DNA from: Phoronis australis
Taxonomy: Eukaryota > Animalia > Phoronida
Assembly: GCA_002633005.1 (NCBI GenBank)
Contig: NMRA01000181.1
Span: 568,959-632,958 of the forward strand
Length of the DNA: 64,000 nt
Reading direction: 5' to 3'
Part shown: positions 13,041-25,181 of the stretch, piece by piece
Numbering within the stretch: the first letter of the stretch is position 1
Layout: every line of letters begins with the position of its first letter
Notes under the pieces: generated by a model
Told to the model about the DNA's origin: nothing
Database searches by the model: none
The model's input: only the letters and a program-made list of their open reading frames with translations
Translations under genes and position numbers: made by a program

Positions 13041-13260
13041 TTTTCGTGAAAATTTCGGTCTACAATGGCGCCAGGAATGCTGAAAAAGACAAAGTCCCTC
13101 AGCTCAGCCTTTGCACATGCGCACAAATAGAAGTGCCCGGATGGGAGACCTCATCAGCTGTAAATTAAGAACACGTGGTATCGAGGTCAGACGGTGGTTG
13201 GCCGGTGGTCGGTTGACCTCGGCCGTCGCTTATGTGTATTCTGCCAAGCCGCGAAAGCGG
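13041..13260 (-). promoter_or_regulatory. Putative TOP1 housekeeping promoter / 5' UTR
   Basis: Locally GC/CpG-richer sequence with YY1-like CAATGGCG (13063), NRF1-like GCACATGCGC (13113) and E-box CACGTG (13172) just upstream of the ATG. Confidence 0.5.
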
Positions 13261-13385
13261 GCCTGCTACTTATTATCAAAAGCAATGGAATCCGCCAAGG
13301 CCTATATAAGAATTACAAATTTTAAGACAATTAGGAGAAATGTGATATACCACGAGCAATTTGAGACAGGGGCCTTATACCTGGA

Positions 13386-13627
13386 CTAGAAATTGAACTC
13401 GAAATTATTTTTATTTTCCGCTTGTCTCAGTTCTAAACACTGAGTCAGGAAAGTAGGACTACCCTCGGTTCCGTGTTTATTCTGCCGTTCCCCGGCCGGT
13501 TTATCTCAGTAGATGAGTGTCTAGTCTTCATTCGAAGTTGATTGCCGATAGATTCGAGCTGCAGATTCCAGTTTAAATTCGAGTTTTCGAGAAAAACTTG
13601 AAATTTCGAGTTCAGACTGGAACGTAG
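13386..13627. repeat. Inverted-repeat element with GAACTCGAAATT/AATTTCGAGTTC motifs; relative at 46014-46229
   Basis: Same motifs and spacing in both copies. Confidence 0.6.
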
Positions 13628-13696
13628 CCAGGATGAGATATCCACCCCCGGGCATCAAGAAAGCATTACACTTGCTGAGCACAGAACGCTGACTTG

Positions 13697-13768
13697 CATG
13701 GGCGGCGCACCATAGGGGGCTGGGGGGGGGGCTATAGTCCCACTTTTTTCAGTGATGCGCCTTCCATG
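13697..13768 (+). mobile_element. MITE family B copy (CATGGGCGGCGCACCATAGGGGGC...)
   Basis: Shared with 16843 and 22277; imperfect TIR. Confidence 0.7.
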
Positions 13769-13944
13769 GTCTATGGGCGGTACACAACAGGGGGCCATAA
13801 CTCCGGCACTAACTTTTTCACTGCTTCGCAGACATTAATCACTAGTAGGCTAGAACAGACGGAAAATGTCAATAATAATTATTAATAATTTCGAGTTCGA
13901 TTTGACACTGGGCCCTTATTTACCGCCGCATATTCAAATATATA

Positions 13945-14266
13945 CAGGGGTACCATAGAATCACGATTGAGCGGCATACCGCGCCGGCACGAAGCACACG
14001 AATCATGCATAGGAGCGCACTGCATACGAACCCAAAAATCACGCATACGAACACAAACCACGAGCATCCGAATGAGTGATACGCACCGTCGAACCACTAA
14101 ACGATAAAATGTCTGTGCGTGTGCATGATTTTCAGTGGTTCGTGAGCAGGATTGCTTCGTATGCGTGCTTTTTGGGTTCGTGAGCATGATTCATGGGTTC
14201 GTGCGTGTGATTCATAGGTTCGTCGATAGATCGCGCGTAAGAGGTGAGTCTATGATGGTACTCCTG
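13945..14266. mobile_element. Foldback/palindromic MITE (TIR CAGGGGTACCA/TGGTACTCCTG)
   Basis: Long internal inverted repeats (acgaacccaaaaatcacgcatacgaa vs ttcgtatgcgtgctttttgggttcgt). Confidence 0.7.
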
Positions 14267-16842
14267 AATTATCCGATAAACAAGTCAACTAATTAGGTTA
14301 TGTGGGAATGTTCAAATTTGGCTAGCTTCGTAACATCATGTCTCAGAAATGGCTTCTACAAAACTCAGTTAGCAATGATTGCTCATCAATGTAGTAAATA
14401 TATAGACGCTGAGGTTGGCAAGTAGAGAAATATATCAAATAAACACATAAAAATCAGGAGCCCCAATTTTAAGTTCTATGAGTGACTATCAAAAATAGAA
14501 GTTTTATAATTTTCATGAAGAAAATCTAAAATTGCATAAACGAAAACGAATTACACAGTATGACACAGACAGCAGTGCCTAACCTTAAAATCACTGCTGC
14601 AGCTGAAGTTGACGATTATGTATATAGTGGTTGATCTAGGATGTCGCAAGTGAGAGGGAACTCAATTTAGAAGGGGAAACTGTGGCCCCCTCAAAATCCT
14701 CTTGTGGAAACTGTTACAACAGTACGAAAGAGTAGCATACTGAGTCGGTGTTCTTCAACCATCTGACACATGAGATCTATACTCAACAAACTGCAGCAAT
14801 TAGCATCATTTACTCGGTTTTGGATTTTCGTGGGACGAAATTCACTGCCAACCGCCTGCCGATGCAATCATTGGCATTTTGACGCGATTTTATTGCCGGT
14901 TCAGTCGTCGTACTTCGATTTTGGGGGTTAGTGACCTCGGGTTTTTGGGAGTCTGAAGTTAAGGTAGTGCTGATGCAGGTATTGGGGGTGTTGGGATTCC
15001 AGTTCAGAAAAAAGATTTCACTTACAAATTTTCAAAGGCAACTCTTATCGAAAAATCATATTAGTTCAGCTACAAATTTTAAACAACATTTTCGAACCAG
15101 CCATATACCTATGATGCAGTTTTAGGAATACATACGCTGAAGTTTAGTGTCAGAACTTATGTCTTACATATAGTAATAATATGTCATACCAGCACTCCTC
15201 ATTGTTAGCCAGTCCAAGTCCTGTGAATATGCTCTTTCCCAATCACTCAGATCTGGTTCCTAAATTGACTGAAAGATGTCGCACCAGTGGAGACAAATTA
15301 GCATGGGTGTTGGGCAATGACTAACTCAAATTTTGTGGTTTGTACTGAAACGATGCGGATGCAGTAGCGATTTTGGCACTTTACATGTTCATCATTTCAA
15401 TTTCCAGGACCGAGCCCCTGGGCCTGTAAATAAGCCTCTAGAGGTCGGGCCACGAGGGCACCTCCTTATTTATTAGGATTATTTAAAACTAGTGAGCCAG
15501 TGTTATTTTTTTGTGGTCGCTTAAGCATTTGTTTCGTCACTATTACGTGTAGAGTTAGCATCGTTTAATGTGTTTTAGCTGTTCACCTTCCTTCTCGTTT
15601 GCCATTCGTTGACGTAATGTGATCATCAAATCGCCTTAGAATTAATGTCAAACTATTAAACGTAAAACTGATGAAACTGTTAATTTTGTCTCCTTAGCTT
15701 ATTTTCTAGAATCAGTACAATGCTTTCGTTGTATCCAGATATTGAATGGCTAGACAATGTCTAGACTCGAGGTCTTTAAGTGAGGTTTGTGTAGTGTGAA
15801 GCAATGTTTTGTAGCAATACCAACCAGAACGAGGCCAAGAGCGGGAATTTCAACATTTCTCGAGAAACTCGTTGTGTCTCAATTTTACGTACATTGCAGA
15901 CATACATACTACGAAACACAAACGCTGAACAAAACCCAACACTGAATACCATTACCCGCAATAACTTCGTGAAAAAATGTTCTCACGGTTCAAAACTCAT
16001 TAACCCTTATTTTCGCTATTCCGTTTACTGGGGTCATTTCATTTTCAACTGAGGCCATACCAGAATTTGGGACAAGTGGGGAGCACTTAACATACAGTAT
16101 GTGTTTCGCCTAACCTTAATGCATGATCAACAGCGTAAGTCTTGATTTTTGATACCATTAATTTTTGACATTTGCGTTGTCTTTTTCCTAAATGTCGAAT
16201 TCACGCAACTGTTTAGGAGAGTTGGGGATTTGCTCGAAAAAATAGAAATTTCCGACAAGTCCCCCAGGCTAAAACTTAGGAGTTTCCAGGAGTCTTTTTG
16301 GGATATAAAATTGATGATTCCAATGCTATTACAAGAGTGCAATTTAGATTCGAACTGATCAGGTCCAAAAAACCGAACTTGCCCCATTATGACGGAGCAC
16401 ATCTGGTCAACCTCCGAATTATCTTCGGGCCACAGATATCTTTTAATGCAATAATTGACTACTAGTTTCAGACTCTAACGTGTCATGACTGGACTTTCCA
16501 GCATCATTCAGAGTCAATGACAAGTGCTTGGTCGCGCCGGGGCGCGTGCACTCGAGTAGCGAGTGTGTACTCCCGTGAACTTTGGACTGAATGTATTAGA
16601 AACACAAACAAGTACACTTTGACCACGAGCAATTGTATATATCACTATAGTTGTAGCTGTAGTCTTTGAAACACCAAAAAATAACAATGAAAATTGGAAA
16701 GTGTGTATCAAATCATGGGCTCACGTGCCTGTACTTAAAATCTCGAACTAGCCCGTACCACGGTTGAATGAAACATCATCACGTGATGTAGGGTTCAAGA
16801 ATATAAATGGATATTGTATTATTTTGAGGCTCTGCCTAAATA

Positions 16843-16913
16843 CACGGGCGGCGCACCATAGGGGGCTAGGGGGGCTATAGTCCCCCATGTATTTCAGTGC
16901 AGCGCTGCCCATG
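16843..16913 (+). mobile_element. MITE family B copy
   Basis: TIR cacgggcggcgc/gcgctgcccatg; flanks aaata/gaata. Confidence 0.75.
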
Positions 16914-18333
16914 GAATAAATACGTTTTATTTCTCGTTTTTAGCCAAATACACATGAGGGCTATTAGCCTACATGTTGTATAGCAAAATAGCTAGGCTGG
17001 TGAATCATCTAGGGCACTAGTGGTTGAATAATTTCTAGACTTTATTATGTCTGCTCTATAAGGAGGCTGAGTTTTTAAAATATGAATTTTCATGATTCGT
17101 ACAAACTATGAATAAAAGTCTTTTGTTTAAAAAATTGGAACTTCAAATCATTTTATTTAGCTTGCTTGCGGTACTTGTAACAATGAAACCATTTCATGGG
17201 CTTTAAATAGGAAAATTGATAAGTTTTGCGGTGTTCTTGACAATCTAAACATTTCCCAGTCTTATAGTAACCACAAAAACTGTTTACTACAATGCTTGTT
17301 CGTTGCATTTCTGTACTGTAATGAGTTTCTGAACGACTGTGACCATAATGAATTGAAATCAAAAAGGAATTGGTCTCCCTGTGGAAATGCTTGCGCAGTC
17401 CTTGTTTTGTTTTCAAAACCACCAAAATGCAAAAACATAAAGTTTTACATGTAACTGAGCACGTTTTTGCAATAATTATATTAATTATCTTTCCTTGTTG
17501 TTTGATTAACTTTCATATCGATTTTTCTTTGATTTCACAACGCAATAACAGACACTATAGTATCATTTAATATAAGCAAATCTCTGTTCTAGATAACTTA
17601 TCCGAGATGCTGTACGTCATATTCTGAGCAGCATCGTGTATTGGTAGCCTCTCTATATTACAATATTACAATATTACATATTTCTCAGCAAAAGTATACA
17701 CACTCACTTCTAAAATTCCATAGTAAACATACAACACTTGCTGTCAGGCGTTGTTACGTACGTAATATCGATTATCTTTTACACTATTTAGTCTCACACA
17801 CGCACGGGCCCCAACATCATTAAAAACTGCTTTCCACCGTCAGGAGTATTAAAGAGACATTATCGTTTTCATGGTAGAAAACGCATTTTTTGGATACTTG
17901 TTGGATGGGATGCTCTTCTTGAACTTATTAAATATGACCAGAGCTACATGTATATGAAACAACAAAATGTCATTGTGTTTTTTTTTGAGACTTTATCTCA
18001 AATCGCCAATTCTTAACGTTGCCTGCCAGACATTCTCTGAAATAACGACCGTTGTCCTCATAATTTTTAAATACGCTCAAAATACTCTGCTATTGAACGC
18101 GTGGGATTCGTATCAGGAGGTAGTGGGATCGAGAATGCATCTGAAAATAGGTAAAGCGCGTACAGCTGGGACGGCAGTGCATGATAGTCGCAAATTCCAC
18201 CGAGGAAGACAGGCACCACAATTAATGACACAGTTGGCCCTGAGGAAGGAACTTATCCAGAAAGGTGTCCAGAATGCCCGAATGCCTCTGCTGTAGATCT
18301 GTAACACTGACGTAGCTGAGGTTAACCCGCTAT

Positions 18334-18492
18334 CAGTGCTGTAGCGGTAAAATTAGAGGTAAGTAGGCGCCCAAAGCCCACCGTATCGCCTTGAGCACTG
18401 CGGAACGTAACTTATGGTGCGTAGGCGCAAAGTTCAAATCCCAAATGGTGGTTGGCTGTGCCTACGTGCGCCTACGCCCCACTACAGCACTA
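18334..18492. mobile_element. MITE (TIR CAGTGCTGTAG/CTACAGCACTA) with subterminal GTAGGCGC repeats
   Basis: Terminal and subterminal inverted repeats. Confidence 0.65.
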
Positions 18493-19769
18493 CTTATTAC
18501 ATGATTCAGGATCAGCAGCGGCGAAATTACAGGAACTAGTCTCGAAGTCTGTCTTGAAATAGTCCTTCAGAATTGTTTTACGGTGTAATGTGCTGTTGAC
18601 AGTGTTGACAATAATTGAGAACTTAGTTTGGAAGTTAAAATATCCCCAGTATTAAATTATACATAATGGTTTCAAACTGGTATACGTTTTGGTCAGAAAT
18701 CATGTCCCTATTGAGAAGCCTTATTTCTCCGTTAAGTATTGCCCGTTCTTCTCAGTGGCATTGCCACCCCATTGAGTCAAGGGACAGAGTTGATTTTCAG
18801 CAGATGGCCATGATGCCGGAAAAGTACGATATTCCGGTACAACGAATTTTCAAGCAAAATAAACCCCAATGCATTGTAGTGTTAACGTGTCTACTAAAGC
18901 AGAACGGTAGGCTCAAATCCTCAGCGGTCGTTGTCATAATGATAAAATCATCGCTAACACAACTTTCTGAAGAGCCACTTTATTCCCTAAAAGTAGGCTC
19001 CTTGGGTTTTTGGACACATTTGTTCGTGTCAGGCCTACCGAACTGTAGCCTTCAGCGTACCAAAAGATTCCCAAATAGTTTTCATTATCAGTGATTAAGA
19101 GAGAAATGGCAGTCTTTCAATCGCTTTCAGCACCGTATAAAGAAGAGACAGGCGGTATCTTATCGTTCGTATATGAAGCTTCTTCTCACATATGTTGTGT
19201 CGTATTACAAAATAAATCAACAAACAATAAACCTGACTTTTTTCAGATCTCAGTCCTAAGCAACATTCATTTTTTTCAATACGGAACGAGGAAAAAAAAC
19301 GAGATTTCAAATCCCTCACCATATACATTTGGGAGGCAAAAGCCCTGTTTCATTTCGACGTATGCATATTTTCCATCAGGGAGAGGTGGGTTACAACGAT
19401 CGAGATGATTATTTTCACATAGTTGTTTTAGTCAATTAAGTATACACGCGCCTCGCGAAAGTAATATCTTCTTGTGTATCAGCATAGAACTGTAGACCTG
19501 GCCAGAGTTCTATGGTACCAGGAAGATACTGCCGTCGCCTGACAGGAAAAAAACACGTCCTGCCTAAAACAACATGGTGAGAAAGGGTCACGCTGCGATT
19601 CACAATACGATCTATTCACACGGACTGCCACTGTTTGTAATTGTTAATTCATACATGCCTAGAATTGGATGTCAGGGCTAAATTTCGTGCTGCGTACTGT
19701 AAATTGCAAGATATTAGCTGACAATTGAGGTGATCAATCTTCGTTTATGAAACAGAAACAGCAAATTAA

Positions 19770-20055
19770 ATCCCACAACTCAACACCCCAACCTAGCCAC
19801 CAATCACTTTAAAGACTGGGATAGGCAAGTTAGCTCCCGAGCATATTCGCGAAACACTCGCTTTTCATTTGTGTGCTTTTGTGAGGTCTTGCGAGATCTT
19901 GCCTTTAGTTTTTCCCAAGAAATTAGGTCTACGGAACGCTCTTCCGTAGACGCAAGAATCTCGCGAAGGGAGATAATGTGATCACGTGCTTCGTATTTCG
20001 TTATATTTCGCGAATCCTTGCGCGATCTTTCGTTTTCGCGAGGTACTTCGCGCAC
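19770..20055 (-). repeat. CpG-rich dispersed repeat family with core GTTCCGTAGACC...GTGATTGG; copies near 26880-27235, 37500-37680, 39185-39390, 43800-43900
   Basis: Pairwise visual similarity of core motifs. Confidence 0.6.
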
Positions 20056-22276
20056 TTACAGAAGGCAAGGTGTATCCGGTCTTTTCATTAGCACTTGGAT
20101 TTTTTAATTTTTAACCGGTTATCCCGGCTAAGTAACTGTTGCATATCCATCGATTTCTATCTTGAGACAGTCAGTTGGGAAAATACGCGTAGGACGAAAT
20201 ATGTCGCCAACACCGCTATACAACAACGCGCCCTAAAAAATGTGCTCGCACTTCAAAATAACAAATTTAATGACAATTTGTTATGGACTTAGGAACAACA
20301 TTACTCGTTTCATTTCCTGAAGATGTAATCAAAAAGAAATTACACTTTAAAAACTAGACAAATCGATTGTTTATTAAAGGGACATTGTGACCGACAAATA
20401 GAATTTTTTTGGATTGTTGTTGGATGGGACAGACTTCTAATTTCCCGAGCTCATAAATCACTTCTAAACTGAACAATAGACAAGATATGAACAACTGTAT
20501 AACGTTAGGTGGCCCAAATCCGAACCTTCTGACAGAAGAAAAAACTTGTTTAACGCCGCTTTAACTCAGGAAGATTATTGGCGTTTGCATTTCAATGGCG
20601 ATTTTGAGTTTGCTGTAACATGACGCACGATAAATCTACTTTCTCCAAAGCTGAATCGTTCTTTTGCCATTCCTGTGCATACAGAGCACATGGCGGCTCA
20701 CGCGTCTTCTTTCTCAGCAAGGCATAACCACACGGAATGCTCTGGCCCAGAGTTTCGTTCATGATATTCTTCCGCTGTCGGAGGAATTAGCATAATTTGT
20801 CTTGCTGACATGATCGAAACGAACGTAAACATGAAATAGAGGACGAAAACATGTTTGTTCACTTGCGAATGCAATCGTTTAGTTTCACTAATAAGGCAAC
20901 TTTAAACTTTAACTACCTTGAGGCGAACCACAGGAACGTGTCACTGGTCTGAGAAAGAGTGTGTATTAACCTATTGCGCAATTTCAAAGAACTAGATAGC
21001 TCTACGTAAGTTACCTCAGGTTACTGGGGCCCCGGAGCTCTGATGGTTTGGTGCCTCACAACCCATTAATGCTGCATTGACTATAAAACTGCAGCAGAAT
21101 ACATTCAAGAGTATATTTGAAACAACTGCGGCACAAGTAAGTGTGTCTGTTTGTATTGATCGCACGGAGCATGAATGTAGGGCTTGGCGACTCAATGTGC
21201 TGGCGTAATTTCTGAATGGGATCAAAGTCTTGGTGTCACCGGACAACGCCGCTACGTGCAACAGTTCGTTTGCTTCTCCACCCCCCCNCGCATCGCGGTG
21301 ACCTAATCTCTTGCCGTAGTGCGCCTGCAGAAGGACTGCCGCCATATTGGCTGCGCTTGTGAGACTTCGCAACAGTAACTATGGTAGGTGTGGTCTAACT
21401 ACGTTCGCCAGATCTCAGTATCCATTTGACAGGTGATTCACATAATTACTCAACACTGCCCTCGACAGGCCACATTACTAACTCTGCTGCCGTATGGCAT
21501 GGAAGCCGAAATTCTTCAACATTTAGTTGCGCTGCCTATCAAAGGCTTCGCAGTCTTCTACTCGACGGACACGACATAAAGGTCGGGAAGAAATCGCCAG
21601 ATCGTGCAAGTTAAACAGTATTTCCAAATTCCTGAGAAAAACAAACAGGTAGCCTTGAAAGCCTTCACTGTGCCGACTGAGGAACTCATGCTGAGGGCTT
21701 CCCGCCGTGAGACATAATTCGATGACTACAGAGTAATGAGTTCGGTAGTCTGGCTTAAGCAAGCTTGGTGCACAGCATGAGACATCAGGCAACCTCCCTG
21801 CTTTTTACATCACTTTATGCATTGAAAGTTCATTGTTTAAACTCTTGAGAAATTTAATTGAGTGATCATTTTCTGTGAGATATGCTGGAAATAAAGTGTT
21901 GCAAAGATTATCTTTACACAAAGATTCATAACACTATAAAGTTATAGCCATCCAGAGGCGGCGAAAGACAACTTGGTCACCCGGAGGTAATGCTTGTGTA
22001 ACTTGATTGTATTTACTCTGCACGTGAATAGCATAATTATTGTCTTTTACACCTTACAGCAGCAGTTTGTCTCTGTTGTTATATTCATGTGAACAAGAAA
22101 GCCCGACACTCGTTATAAAACCGCAAGTTTATTATCAAAACTACAAACATTATTAATGCAGCGGACAATATCGTGGCTAGCAGAAGTCAGGAGTTCAAAT
22201 TCACTGAACCATGCTATGACCAACAATTAACAGTTGCAAGTCTACTAATAATTTTATACACACGAATTTGCGTTAC

Positions 22277-22395
22277 CATGGGCCGCGCACCATAGGGGGC
22301 TGGTGGGGGGCTATAGCCCACGTTTTCGTTCAGTGGACGGTGCACCAGAGGGGAGTGGGGGGCTGTAGCCCCACTGACTCAGTGCTGCGCCCATG
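22277..22395 (+). mobile_element. MITE family B copy with internal duplication
   Basis: TIR catgggc/gcccatg; flanks gttac/attac. Confidence 0.75.
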
Positions 22396-22679
22396 ATTAC
22401 CTAAATCTACTTTTCGCTTTTCGAAAATAAATCTGAATTTCATTTCGATTTCCCCAAGAACACTATTTATTTGTAACTTTCACCACGTGGTGGGAAATGA
22501 ACAGACCGTGAGAATTTGAATAACTTTTGATGGAACAACTAAAAATTGCATTTTCGACTGTACTGCGTCATAGAATAAAAGCGGCGGAATGAGAAGAGAA
22601 TTATGCAAAAGAAACATGATATCATGTTGAATTCAAGAGTGTTATCCTTGAATGGTTCACCATCAGCTCAGAGTGTAAC

Positions 22680-22899
22680 AGCCAAGAGTTCTGACGTAGG
22701 CTCGGAGAATGGCATTCCACTCCTGAACAAGAATGTGCTTAAGTCGTTGATAGTGGCACACATTTTTCGGGCTGTGACCTGTTGATATGTAACTTTTGGT
22801 CTCCATGTTCGCACATCATTCTTCACATCACCCGTCACTCAGTGCTGTAGTTTCACAATTTCTGATCGTACTTTGGTTCACCCCGAAAGTTTGTGTAAC
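22680..22899 (-). pseudogene. Internally deleted, frameshifted Tc1/mariner transposase remnant
   Basis: HTH-like VTQTFGVNQSTI, linker TGDVKNDVRTWRPKVT (GRPR-like) and C-terminal LVQEWNAILRAYVRTL; catalytic DDE region missing. Confidence 0.65.
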
Positions 22900-23326
22900 C
22901 TAATGCGGCGTTTATCCTAAAATTTCAACTGACTTTAAATACATTGTAAATCTTGTCCTTACCACGAAACCAAGGGCTTCTCTGCACGCTGAACAACAGT
23001 TCATTGAGCCAACCGTGTTTAATGTCAATTACCTGGGCAATTCGGTTGATCATAACTTCTTATAAAAATTTATATCAAACATTTTATAGGAGTTCGTATG
23101 AGTGGTATGATATAACATAAGAATTCATATTCATCGTTGATAATTTTTTACGCAAGTTTCACCATCACTTGGGATAATTTATGATGATTTCTTTTCACTG
23201 ATAAATCATAAATGGTTAAAATGACGTTTTCCCCGAATGATGCAATGAATGATAATTATATCATCAGCTTGGCGAGCATTTATCACCAGTCTGATGGGCA
23301 TTCATATCAACCAAACTGGGAATGTA

Positions 23327-23485
23327 CAGGGGCGGATCCAGGATTTTGAATTAAGGGGGCCCAGGGCATAGTACTAGCTAGGATTTTGCCCGTCAGACAT
23401 TCGCACCCCCGAACTGCCAAATGGAATCTGGGACAGTTTTAGGGGGGCGGCATGGCCCCCTTCCCCCCCCCCAAATCCGCCAGTG
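23327..23485 (+). mobile_element. MITE family A, copy 1 (TIR CAGGGGCGGAT...ATCCGCCAGTG)
   Basis: About 160 bp, near-identical interior to 24482-24645 and 52647-52801; flanks atgta/gcgta. Confidence 0.85.
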
Positions 23486-24481
23486 GCGTAGGGCCTACTC
23501 AAAACCAGTTTCAACACTGCCACCTTTGGCCCCTGGTGGTACTAATTAAATCACCAGACACAGCATGTGGTGGGTACGTGCTGTGAGTGGTGAATTGACA
23601 TTTTTTCATCTTAAAATAATTAATAGACAATACGTGCACCTGAACTGACATTGGTGGAAATTTAGACCTCTATAGTAGGGTTTCTAATTTTATTCGAGTA
23701 AATCAATTTCTAAAACTGCACGTTTGGTGTTTGACCTTAACTTTTTTGATTAGTTGCAATTTCAAGATAAGTCAACTAAAGTTGTACCATTCTGTTAGCA
23801 AAAAATTGGTCTGTCTCCTTGTAGGGAGACCAAAGTTTGTAGAATTATTTTTTTATTACAAAAAATATCTATTTTGATTTGCCAATGTACACGGTAGTAT
23901 AATTATTACTGTACAGTGTTTGATACTTGACAATTTAAACTTTTTGTAGATAGTAATCAGCCATTAATCAATGGAAGCGTTCGTCCTACGGCATTTTATG
24001 ACCATGTTATTGCTGTATATTTTATTATTTAATAAAACTGAAAAAATATTTAATATCCATAGCCTAATACAGGATAAACTTGGTCTTTATTATTTTGCAC
24101 TTGTAAACTAACAAATGTATTCCGCGAAGAGGTTTCGAGTAGTCTTGAGTCACTCTGTTTCAGCAGATAGGTGAGTTATGTACACAAATAACCATGCTCT
24201 GGGCATTTACGTTGGGGGCCCCTCAATATTTGAATGCGACCACGAAAATCCACAAAAATAGGAAATAGTTTGTTACGAGATTTACAATTCCGATAGTACA
24301 TGCACTAACTGTATAAGGAATTCGAACTTTGATTATTTGATTATACTCGAGATGGAAGTCATGTTTTTGGCGATACCAGACTTCATGACGAAATAAATAT
24401 AACTAAAATCAGGAAACGGGGGCGGATGATTTTGAACCAATAATATTTTGATTACAGTCTGAAAAAACGCAGTTAGAAAAC

Positions 24482-24645
24482 CACTGGCGGATTTAGAGGG
24501 GGGCCAAGAGGGCCAGCCCACCCCCCCCCCCCTAAAATTCTCCCAGATTCCATTTGGCAGTTGGGGGGTGCGAATGTTTGACGGGCAAAATCCTGGCTAA
24601 TACTCTGCCCAGCCCTCCCAACTCAAAATCCTGGATCCGCCCCTG
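24482..24645 (-). mobile_element. MITE family A, copy 2 (inverted)
   Basis: Reverse complement of copy 1; flanks aaaac/aaaag. Confidence 0.85.
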
Positions 24646-25142
24646 AAAAGCCATGCAGCGCCATTTTTGAAAACCCCAATTTTGGTTCGTGTTTTTATAT
24701 GTAACCCTTTGTTCTCCACCAGTCAGCATATCGATTTACCATGGACGAAATGAGAAGATTCACCGCCACAAACTTGATTTATTTGAATTCTCAACTTGGG
24801 CTTGACCCACTAAGTGCTGTTTGGGACTAGAAACGGATCTGGGCAATTTGCGATTGAAACCATCATTTTGTTCGTCTGTGACCGAGTGTCAAAGTTTGTG
24901 CGAGGTAACATGTGGTTGAAGTTCAGGTTGCCTGGCGTGTCCCTTGACCTTAGCAAAAGGGCTGATCGAAATCGCAGATTCTTCCTGTTTATACGCGGGC
25001 CGCCTTCTACGCTCGGCAGTTGGCAGATGATTGTTTAAAAAGATTGAGTTTTTACGCTCCATTCATAAGGCTTGACGACTACCTACGTGACATCTTGGAA
25101 TAAATATACAAGAGGCAGGCCTTAGGTGCTAATGCTATCAGG

Positions 25143-25181
25143 ATGTGGCAGAGATGTCTGCTCGTTCTCTCAACAGTCCTG
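25143..25181 (+). CDS. Putative exon 1, signal peptide start (MWQRCLLVLSTVL)
   Basis: AGG-ATG, hydrophobic stretch, CTG|GTAAGT donor (phase 0) matching the next exon; TAAATATA box about 40 nt upstream. Confidence 0.55.

Noticed and set aside
14838-15246. Minus-strand peptides CIGRRLAVNF and IGK...NNEECWYD reminiscent of TE-associated Tudor-like domains
   Set aside because: Too short and frameshifted to support without a profile search
18666-19408. 142-aa and 105-aa abutting ORFs that look operon-like
   Set aside because: No recognisable domain, codon bias or splice context; consistent with chance ORFs in eukaryotic intergenic DNA
21240-21420. GC-rich patch with GCCGCCATATTGG (YY1-like) and a 118-aa minus ORF
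   Set aside because: No linked exons found; the motif is common in repeats, so a gene start cannot be supported
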